NCBI GenBank assembly: GCA_963807605.1
Contig: CAWECG010000001.1
Coordinates: 512,001 to 576,000, forward strand
Direction: 5' to 3'
Origin: Candidatus Bathyarchaeota archaeon
GTDB lineage: Archaea; Thermoproteota; Bathyarchaeia; 40CM-2-53-6; RBG-13-38-9
DNA: 64,000 bases
The position numbers and the translations under genes are program-made. This document shows positions 19,285 through 27,388 of the stretch, one piece after another. A model generated the notes under the pieces. That model searched no databases, had not been told where the DNA came from, and saw only the letters and a program-made list of their open reading frames with translations. Every line of letters starts with the position of its first letter. The first letter of the stretch is position 1.

Positions 19285-20389
19285 AGGGTTGTCCCGATAT
19301 TCTTTGAGTTGACACGGAAAGATCCATAAGGGTTGAGCCCCGCACCCTTCTACTTGGAGGAGATTCCAGATAGAAGGGTACGAGACTCTGGAGTCACTGC
19401 TGAGTAATCTGGATTTATCATTTGTTGAACGTCTAGTTGTTAGTTGCTATCATCAAGAAGGTCCAGGTAAACCTCCACGTAACCCTCTAGGACTCTTCAA
19501 GGCACACCTTGCCAGACGCTACCTCAGAATAAACAGTCTGCGTGAGCTTGAACGTCGCTTATGGATCGATGAGCGGCTACGTGACATATGCGACATAAGA
19601 TATGAGGAGCCAGCCTACGGTAGGACGGTACTCTCAAGATTCAACCAGCGACTAGGAACAAGAAGACTAAGACGCATAGTAAACAAACAGGTCAAGAAAT
19701 TACTGAAGAAGCGCTATGTAACACCAAGAATAGTTGCTATGGACGCCACCTTCATCAAAGCCTACAGCAGACGAAACATAAACAATAGAACAGGCTTCAG
19801 TGACCCTCAAGCACGTGTAGGAAGAGCCTACCGCACATACGGGTTAGGCTACAAACTACACCTAACAGTCGATACAGACACAGCCACACCCCTAACATTC
19901 CTAGTGACACCAGCAAACACTAACGAGAAGAAACCGAGCATACCACTCCTCAAAATGACAGTTAAAACCACAGCAACCAGAATCCGACAGCTAACCGCTG
20001 ACAGTCAATACTCCAGCAACAGACTCAGAGAGACCGCTAAAAAACACAGAATCAAGACCGCGATACCCTACCCAGCCAACCAGAAACCTGAAAGACAAAA
20101 CATCCTCAGAGTAACCAGCGACTTCAAAACACACGGCCCAGAAAACCTCAAACACATCTACAATAAACGCTCCATCATCGAGTTGGTCTTCGCATCACTC
20201 AAAGAACACCTCAACCTCAACAACCACAAGACACGAGGACTAGAAAACATCACCATCCACATCAGCTACTGCATACTATGCCTCCTCTACACCATAGAAG
20301 CCTCACACAACACCAAACAACCCACCAAAACCAGAAGCATAACCTACTGGACAAACCTAACATGAAAACGCTAATAACGGGACAACCCC
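19285..20389 (+). mobile_element. Insertion sequence (IS5/IS1182-like DDE), ~1105 bp, 16-bp TIRs, inserted in a (GC)n site
   Basis: Left GGGTTGTCCCGATATT (19286-19301); right AATAACGGGACAACCC (20373-20388); flanked on both sides by GCGCGC. Confidence 0.9.
19370..20365 (+). CDS. DDE transposase (~331 aa; DUF772-like N-terminus + DDE_Tnp_1)
   Basis: Frame open from 19337; SLRELERRL..LSRF N-terminal domain, DAT, GYKLH, ADSQY, YxxRxxIExxF; possible ATA start at 19370 after GGAGG. Confidence 0.85.
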   Translation: MEGYETLESLLSNLDLSFVERLVVSCYHQEGPGKPPRNPLGLFKAHLARRYLRINSLRELERRLWIDERLRDICDIRYEEPAYGRTVLSRFNQRLGTRRLRRIVNKQVKKLLKKRYVTPRIVAMDATFIKAYSRRNINNRTGFSDPQARVGRAYRTYGLGYKLHLTVDTDTATPLTFLVTPANTNEKKPSIPLLKMTVKTTATRIRQLTADSQYSSNRLRETAKKHRIKTAIPYPANQKPERQNILRVTSDFKTHGPENLKHIYNKRSIIELVFASLKEHLNLNNHKTRGLENITIHISYCILCLLYTIEASHNTKQPTKTRSITYWTNLT

Positions 20390-20466
20390 GCGCGCTATTT
20401 GAAGCCGTTCAGATGAAAACACTGCTTTAATAGACGTGACGAATGAAATAATAGAGTGGAAATAAA

Positions 20467-20781
20467 ATGCCGATAGATCCAGACTTCATGAAGAAGTCCA
20501 AGAAGCATGGCCAGCACAATGACCATGACGTTTGGGGCGAAGTGAAGCCGCCTGAAAAACTGGGAATTCACGGTACCAACGTAGCTGTAGACCATGAGGT
20601 GTGTACTGGCGATGCTATCTGCGTTGATGTCTGTCCAGTAAACGTATTCGAAATGATCGACAGCCCCGGACATCCAACCTCAGCCAGCAAATCAGATCCC
20701 GTCAGGGAGCCAGACTGCATCTTCTGCATGGCCTGTGAAACAGCATGTCCAACGAAAGCCATCAAAATAACTCCAAAATAG
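20467..20781 (+). CDS. Dicluster ferredoxin with N-terminal extension (zinc-containing ferredoxin-like)
   Basis: CTGDAICVDVCP and CIFCMACETACP; KLGIHGT.V motif with N-terminal histidines. Confidence 0.85.
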   Translation: MPIDPDFMKKSKKHGQHNDHDVWGEVKPPEKLGIHGTNVAVDHEVCTGDAICVDVCPVNVFEMIDSPGHPTSASKSDPVREPDCIFCMACETACPTKAIKITPK

Positions 20782-21030
20782 AAAACCAAAATATCAACTG
20801 CAATCTCCTCCAAGCGTCTACCTGAAATTTCAATGATAACTTCTGAAATCCCGAATAAGTTAGAAATAGGGGAAGGCCGCGCGCTCGATATACCTAAGAC
20901 TTGTTGCTGTTCACCAATGAAGAAGGTCGATTAAGGGCATAACTCTAGCCTGTTCACGCGTACCATGTACGTCTTATCACTTCACTTTTTTTTGACTCGT
21001 CCTATGATGAAAAATATGTGGGATATCCTG

Positions 21031-21374
21031 ATGATAAAGACAAAAAGGGTCTATGAAAGGCCATCAAGGGAAGATGGAACTAGAATTTTAGTCGATAGGT
21101 TATGGCCTAGAGGAATTAGTAAAGATGCTGCAAAAGTTGATGAGTGGATGAGGGAGATCGGGCCGTCCGACAAATTAAGAAAATGGTTCGGGCATGATCC
21201 CAAAAAATGGGACGGGTTTAGAAGAAGATACGTGGAAGAGTTGAAGCAGAAGAGCGACTTGACGAACAGATTAAGCTTGATATCGAAGAAAGGAACATTG
21301 ACCTAGTCTATTCAGCCAAGGATGAGCTTTTCAACCAAGCAGTAGCATTGAAACAGTTCTTAGAAGAAGCCTAA
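21031..21374 (+). CDS. DUF488/YeaO-family protein, -1 indel at ~21303
   Basis: KRVYE..DG.RILVDRLWPRG..LRKWFGH; the C-terminus LVYSAKDE..NQAVALK continues in another frame. Confidence 0.8.
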
Positions 21375-21463
21375 CTGTTCCAGCCTTGGTTGAGAGTTAG
21401 TTTGAGAATAGGAGCGCGCGCACAGGGTATTTGCAAACACAAAAGAGATTCACACTTGGGTGT

Positions 21464-21586
21464 TGGTGCTCCGGGCGGGATTTGAACCCGCGATCAGCGA
21501 CTCTGAGGAGGCTTTCCCCGCTCTAAGGCACGAAAGGCCGCTATGCTGTCGGCCCTGCCTTGCTAACCGGGCTACACCACCGGAGC
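21464..21586 (-). tRNA. tRNA-Glu(TTC) with two introns (D-loop, ~16-17 nt; canonical 37/38, 28 nt), encoded CCA
   Basis: Acceptor GCTCCGG/CCGGAGC, anticodon stem GCGGC/GTCGC with CT-TTC-G, T arm GCGGG-TTCAAAT-CCCGC. Confidence 0.9.
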
Positions 21587-21715
21587 ACCTTAGGAAAGCA
21601 AGCTCTTCAACCTTTAATCTCTTTCGAACTTTCCCGTGGAATAAGAAACTCAGCTTTCTATCTCTTGGAATTATAAGGAACAAAACGCCGATATCTTACA
21701 GCAACAAGGATTTCA

Positions 21716-21988
21716 CTATCTGATGTGGAAGTCTTGAAATTCCCCTTTCCACGACTCCCACTCAATTTCAGCATCCTCAACTTCAGCACCGGGAGGACCC
21801 CTCCTGCAAAACTCCAACATCCCGTCAACCTTTTCCTTATCTCCCTCGAAAACGGCTTCCACCCGCCCGTCTGGCAAGTTTCTAACCCAGCCCGAAACCC
21901 CTAGCAGTGAAGCACCCTTCCTCGTCTCGTGTCTGAAGAAGACACCTTGAACCAACCCACTGACGTAAACGTGCGCCCTAACCTTCAA
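21716..21988 (-). CDS. acyP: Acylphosphatase
   Basis: VSGLVQGVFFR, GWVRNLPDGRVE, GPPGAEV. Confidence 0.95.
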   Translation of the reverse strand: MKVRAHVYVSGLVQGVFFRHETRKGASLLGVSGWVRNLPDGRVEAVFEGDKEKVDGMLEFCRRGPPGAEVEDAEIEWESWKGEFQDFHIR

Positions 21989-22105
21989 CCAGCCTAGACC
22001 CCACACACCATTGCGAATTTACGTTAACAGCGCGCGCGCTCTAAGATTTCTGCTAACTAGTTCTAAGACCTGCCCAAATTTATCAGTTAAATATCCTGAC
22101 AAAAA

Positions 22106-22819
22106 CTACGACCGCTCACTCTCTAGGAGTGTAATTTGAGCAAAAAAGCCTGCAAACTCTCCTCTCAGGGCTCTAGAAGCCCCAGTAATCAAGGCGAAAT
22201 ATACTACCTTTGGCATATCCCATCCGGCCTCGTGGTACTCCTTTGCAATATCGATTTCGAAAGTGGACCAGGCATTCAGTTTCGCTTCTACAACCTTAAT
22301 CCTGTGATTGCCAATCATGAAAACGTCTGACTTCTGATCTGAGAAGACCACCCATAACAAATGTTGACCGTCGCTGATCTCTAAGCCAAAAGCAGTGTCA
22401 GGCATTTTCGTGGTCTTATCATAGACATATGGAAAGGTAGGGTAGACGGAGAGTTGCACACGTGAGTTAAAGAGCCTAGAAAGTTTATCAGCCTTGACTT
22501 CCTGTATTACTCGAACCATGGCCCAAACATACTGATCATTCATCCCATCTTGGAAGAGATGTATGCCCAAGCATCTTTGGCGATCCACAACATCCTGCCT
22601 CAAGTAGGCACTATCACCCGGGCCAAGAGATTGTTCAACATCCCAGTAGAGCAGGCCAGTTCTGCCGTTTCCAGAAGTATCAGAATAAATGTACTTCAGG
22701 TCAGTGTTGAGAAGGATCGGTTGCATGTAGACCTGCCCCTGATAGCTGATGAAGGCAAAAGCCAATACTGTGGCTGCTATCAGTATGCTAGCCGCTGAAA
22801 TGTAGCGGTAACCAACCAT
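22106..22819 (-). CDS. Secreted/anchored beta-rich hypothetical protein (paralog of 22862-23557)
   Basis: N-terminal TM; shared LLN.D..Y, QDG.ND.Y.WA, FG.EI.DG..LLW.VFSD, HRI.VVE blocks. Confidence 0.7.
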   Translation of the reverse strand: MVGYRYISAASILIAATVLAFAFISYQGQVYMQPILLNTDLKYIYSDTSGNGRTGLLYWDVEQSLGPGDSAYLRQDVVDRQRCLGIHLFQDGMNDQYVWAMVRVIQEVKADKLSRLFNSRVQLSVYPTFPYVYDKTTKMPDTAFGLEISDGQHLLWVVFSDQKSDVFMIGNHRIKVVEAKLNAWSTFEIDIAKEYHEAGWDMPKVVYFALITGASRALRGEFAGFFAQITLLESERS

Positions 22820-22861
22820 GGCGTCTCCCCCCTCAATATTGGTTAGGCCTCATCCTTTATT

Positions 22862-23557
22862 CTAGTCAACTAGAACTTTCGAAAAGTATCCTTGAAATGT
22901 TCCAGGAAGATTCCTCGTTGAACCCATCACAAGGCTGAAAGAGAGCGAATCAGGCTGCTTGCGGGTAAGCTTAGCATATTCTGCTCCAACATCTATCTCC
23001 CTGTATGACCATTGATGCAACGGAGTCTCCACAATAACAATCCTATGACTTGGCAGACTATAAGCTTCAGATTTCGAATCGGAGAAAACAAACCAGAGAA
23101 GGTTGCTACCATCATTAATCTCTACTCCAAACACATTCAGTGGCTGTCTCATCTCCCCAGCATATTTGTAGGAGAAATTAACATATAGCCAGATGCCAAT
23201 CTTAGACTTTAGAAATTCTCTGAGTGCTTGTCCCCTAATGTCCTGTCGGATATGCACGCTTGCCCAGGTATAAGAATCATTCAAGCCATCTTGATATACA
23301 CTGATCTTCATGCATTCTCTACCCGAAATACGGGTGGGTATGAGCGAGATACTGTCGTTGCCTCCTAGAAAGTAGTCGGTAGTCCACATGTACGGCTTTA
23401 ACCCACCTTGGGGTTCGCGCGTCCAATATCGAAAGTCATTATTCAAGAGGATTATGGAGGGTGACTCTTGACCGTAGTAGTTTGCGAAAGCGATGTAAAC
23501 TGATGCTCCACTAAGAATAATCGATGCTAGAAGGAGGGGCGGTCGCCAGTTTATCAT
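22862..23557 (-). CDS. Secreted/anchored beta-rich hypothetical protein (paralog of 22106-22819)
   Basis: As above; overlaps the stop of the upstream membrane gene (ATGA). Confidence 0.7.
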   Translation of the reverse strand: MINWRPPLLLASIILSGASVYIAFANYYGQESPSIILLNNDFRYWTREPQGGLKPYMWTTDYFLGGNDSISLIPTRISGRECMKISVYQDGLNDSYTWASVHIRQDIRGQALREFLKSKIGIWLYVNFSYKYAGEMRQPLNVFGVEINDGSNLLWFVFSDSKSEAYSLPSHRIVIVETPLHQWSYREIDVGAEYAKLTRKQPDSLSFSLVMGSTRNLPGTFQGYFSKVLVD

Positions 23558-24793
23558 CGTTCTTCAGCTGAGATCTGGGTTATAGCAACTATGAGCATTG
23601 GTATCCAGTAAATAAAATATGTCTGTAGTCCTCGGAACGAGAACCATAATATTAATGGTGGAAATGCCCAGAGAGCGAACTTCAATCTGTCAAAGTAGAG
23701 GTAGTAGTTAAGCAAGAGGACAAAAAAAACAGTCAGAGTACAGATCGTGTAGAAGGCTGGGGGCAGAGGTACGCCACTCACTTGGGAGATCATAGACAAC
23801 CCTTGCGAAAGGATAACTAAACCTGCAGATACAGGAGTCAAAACGCCGTCTATCCAGGCGGGTAAGTTCCAGACGATAAAACGGATATTTGGCACTAGGA
23901 AAGCAAGAGATGTGTACGACAAAAACATCAGACAACGTCTCTTACGGAGATTATTAGGTGCTGATCTCCACTGCCAAACAAGAAGGAATGGGAAGGCAAG
24001 CCAAGTAATCTGTTTGATTGCGCATGCTAATCCATAAGCCACGCCTGCTCTCAGAGGTTTATCGATTTCGAATGCAACTATTACAAGTGGTAGAACCCAA
24101 AGGAAGTCTGTTACAGAACCAGCAGTAAAATCAATGGCAAGATCTGACCCTGCAAGGATGGGGAGCAGACCAATAACCTTGAAGTGTGGAGGCAACTTCC
24201 TATACATTAGAAGAAGCGTAGCGAATTCAAATGCCAAAACGACGAAACGCATGTCTCGGGATACCGATCGCGACTGCAGGCACAAATATCAAGAAATGAA
24301 GTGCAGGATAATTCATAGTTGTGATTATCTTTCCAGTAGAGGTGAGTGTAAAAAATTCTGGATCTACCGAGAAGGCTGCAAGACCTTCGTGGAGGTCCGA
24401 ACCGTACGGGTTGTCTCCATGAAGCAGAACTTTGGCTGCTTGATGACTTAGAGCCATAGCATCAGTTCTATAAACGCCTTCGAACTCAACCACTGCTGTT
24501 ACGTATGTGCTGACAACAATTACAAATATTATTGCCAGAAGAGCAACAGTTGAACCCAATCTCAGATTAAGCGGCCTGAGTGTAGCCAAAAAGAATAGTG
24601 TAAAAGCAAACAAATACGTAGTTATAATAAGAATGACAACCTCAGGATGAGTTGTGATTTTGCCTCTTATCCAGTTCTGATGGCCCTCTGCGAGTAATAA
24701 GCCAGCTAGAAAGAGTAATGAAATCCTTACAACAAACTCACCAGACTTGCCGAGAGACATCATTATTGATGACCCTTCTTTGATAGTTCTCAT
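23554..24793 (-). CDS. GT-C fold polytopic membrane glycosyltransferase-like protein, split by a +1 indel at ~24260
   Basis: TDA..HQAA..LLHG.NPY, YPAL, then GLACAIKQ..W; the two ORFs join through a C-run. Confidence 0.65.
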
Positions 24794-25153
24794 ATCTCTT
24801 GCGCGCGCTATGAGTAGAATTGGATTTACTGGTACTTGAAGCTTAGTAACACTTTTTCTAGCGCGCGCTAGATACTGATTGCGGATCAGGAAACGATGAC
24901 GAGTGTATGTTTAAAACTCTGGCCTCTGGGGCGAGCACTACGGGACAGGGTCAACGTGGAACCCTGCGCGCGCGTGACCAGACTACTGAGATCATTATCA
25001 TGAGTTTTGGTTTACCGTTGACTCTTCTTAGAAGAGTGTGTGCACCACACTGCTATACTTAGACAAGCGAATCTTTCGGACTCGTAGATTATCTTGAAGA
25101 GGATAATTCTCTCTTAATGAGCTCTTAAAAAATGGGCTCACATTCCACCTGCT

Positions 25154-26272
25154 CTAGGAAACCCAGACCTGTAGCACAAATTGGTACCAGATAAGTAAGC
25201 TCGCTAACATAAAAAATGTGACTGCAACGGCCAAGGCTAACAGGTTTCTCATTCTAACAATCAACCAGACTGGAAAGATGAACGAGAAGAATCTTGGAAG
25301 AGAGTTATAGTTACCAAAGTACAGTAATGACAGATACACTGAGAGACTATAGATTGCAAGTTTACCGTCGATTCTAAAGACACAGAAGACTAGATACCCA
25401 GTGAAAATGATGAACGGCAGTAGGAAAAAATCGAATTTTGGGAATGCCAAGACATTACTGCTAAGGAACGGTGTGATGTAGCGTTGGAACCATCCAAACT
25501 CGAAAGCTTGCTTTATCCAGAATGACTGTTGCGTTGCAAAGGCAAATGCATCTCCAGTTGTAAGGTACAGATAGTACATCCAGCCGAGAAGGGCAGTAAT
25601 AGGCACTGAGATGATCGGAAACTGTTTGAATTTCCTCTTGAGAAGCAGATTAAGAGCTACGGGAATAACTATGGCTACTCCATACGGTCTTGTCAGGGTT
25701 GCGACGGTTGCTGCTAACATTGAAGAGATGAACCTGCCCCGAAGATGGAGATACCACGTGGCGAGTGTAGAAAAGAGGAAGAGGGACTCTGTATAAGAGA
25801 CTGTTGTGAAGAGGAAGACGTAGGGGAAGGTTGCAGTCAACAATGTTGAAGCAGCCGCCTCAGCTCTTGACATGTAATGTTCAGCAACAAGCTGAAGCAA
25901 AGGAATAGAGGCCAAGCCGAGTACAAAAGAGATGATGAAGGCTGAGAGCCAAAAGTCCCCTGTCATCAGTTCAACCGCCTTGCAGAGGACTGGGTAGGCT
26001 GGGAAGAAGACGTACATTGGAGGATAACTATACCACTCCTTGGCCAACTTGATATACCAGCCGGTGTCTTGTGCACTGAAAAGGTAGAGCCACAGTTGGG
26101 TTGGACCTAAAGTACCCCAAATACTCATCCACGGAGTTTTGAAGCTTCCCTGAATGCTGAGACGTTGATAGATAAAGAGTGAACTGAAAAGTTTCAGGAG
26201 ACTAACGATACTAACAGGGAAGATAAGGCGCACCTTCCCCTCAAGCATCTTCGCTGCAGTATCTTGCAACAT
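25154..26272 (-). CDS. PIG-V/GT76-like membrane mannosyltransferase
   Basis: QDTGWY..A..Y, FFPAYP, YTESLF, TRPYG, LPRF motifs; multiple TM helices. Confidence 0.75.
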   Translation of the reverse strand: MLQDTAAKMLEGKVRLIFPVSIVSLLKLFSSLFIYQRLSIQGSFKTPWMSIWGTLGPTQLWLYLFSAQDTGWYIKLAKEWYSYPPMYVFFPAYPVLCKAVELMTGDFWLSAFIISFVLGLASIPLLQLVAEHYMSRAEAAASTLLTATFPYVFLFTTVSYTESLFLFSTLATWYLHLRGRFISSMLAATVATLTRPYGVAIVIPVALNLLLKRKFKQFPIISVPITALLGWMYYLYLTTGDAFAFATQQSFWIKQAFEFGWFQRYITPFLSSNVLAFPKFDFFLLPFIIFTGYLVFCVFRIDGKLAIYSLSVYLSLLYFGNYNSLPRFFSFIFPVWLIVRMRNLLALAVAVTFFMLASLLIWYQFVLQVWVS

Positions 26273-26563
26273 ACCAAGAGACTCCAGAAGTAACTCAGGT
26301 ATTTCCTGAAGATAACAACTCCTTCTTTATGAGTTCCTTGATTGTGATGCTGAGGGTTCTTGTCGGAGCTTGCTCACGATCCTCGGAAGTGGCGTAGACT
26401 TCGAGCGCTAATAGGCGGGCCATGACCTTGAAGACTCGTTTGTAACCAAAATGCCGACCATAGCGGATCCTGCGCAGAAAGTAGAGGTCTAATCCTGAGA
26501 GCTGAAGGCCCCCTGCAGAACAAATATTCACTTAATGAAGTAAATCCGGACGCGCGCGCTTGT

Positions 26564-26766
26564 TTAGGCAATCCACTCCTTCGATACAAATTGGAACCAT
26601 ATAAGTAAGCTCATCAAAAGGAAAAAGGTAACCGCAACAACCAAAGCAAACAGGTTTCTCACTCTGGCGGCAAACCATACTGGAAAGATGAAGGAGAAGA
26701 ATCGTGGAAGTGAACTGAGGTTACCAAATTACAGTAATAAGAGACACGGTGAAAGACTGTAGACTA
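26564..26766 (-). pseudogene. 3' fragment of a second mannosyltransferase paralog, bracketed by (GC)n runs
   Basis: ..FGNLSSLPRFFSFIFPVWF..LLIWFQFV..W.* aligns with the C-terminus of 25154-26272; starts at GC run 26767-26774 and ends 4 bp before run 26551-26559. Confidence 0.85.
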
Positions 26767-26968
26767 GCGCGCGCTAAGCAACCAAATATGAAATATCCAA
26801 GTGGAAACTTAATATGCCAAAAAAATCCAGCTTGAATAATTAAGCCGGTACCAACGTTTCTCTATGTATTCTTCTCGTTTTTTTGGGCTATTCGATCTTT
26901 TCAAAAATAATAAGCCATCTCGGTCTACGTGAGAGCGCGTAAGGAATTGGCAGGAAAAAGGGGTCTCA

Positions 26969-27388
26969 CTATTCTCCGATGATTGTTATCAGGACTTCTC
27001 TCTCCGCAGGGCCGAGCATTTCAAGAAGATAGGCTGCCTGCCACTCTCCCAGCTGAAGTCTGCCCTTTCGAATGGGAATCTGTAAGCCACTTCCCAGGAC
27101 CATGCCCAACGTGTGGCTACGAACTATCTTAGGATCGAATCCTCGGGTTTCAAGATAATTAAGCCTCGTCTTGTCCAGAAAGTCTATTGAGTCAAAGAGC
27201 CTTGCTATGACAGGCTCCTCGCGCTTAACCCCTGTCGTCAGGAGAGCTGTCGTGTGTTTAGCAGATCCGAATAGAATACCCTCCTTGACACCTGACTCAG
27301 CGACTGCGTTAGCCAGTTGGTCGGTCACTTCAATAACCTGTCTTCCAGTCTCGGTCTTTAACCTCAGATCCTTAGTGAAGATCTTCAT
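26969..27388 (-). CDS. YjbQ/UPF0047-family protein
   Basis: HTTA, SH..G, LGEWQ..YL.E..GP..R motifs. Confidence 0.8.
   Translation of the reverse strand: MKIFTKDLRLKTETGRQVIEVTDQLANAVAESGVKEGILFGSAKHTTALLTTGVKREEPVIARLFDSIDFLDKTRLNYLETRGFDPKIVRSHTLGMVLGSGLQIPIRKGRLQLGEWQAAYLLEMLGPAEREVLITIIGE

Noticed and set aside
21304-21306. Pyrrolysine/readthrough TAG in the DUF488 gene
   Set aside because: The conserved C-terminus continues in a different frame, so it is an indel, not recoding.
21400-21464. Integrated element (attL/attR) at tRNA-Glu or tRNA-Ala
   Set aside because: No duplicated tRNA 3' end or integrase was found in the window; the only shared sequence is the T arm between the two tRNAs and the short GGTTCAAAT core.
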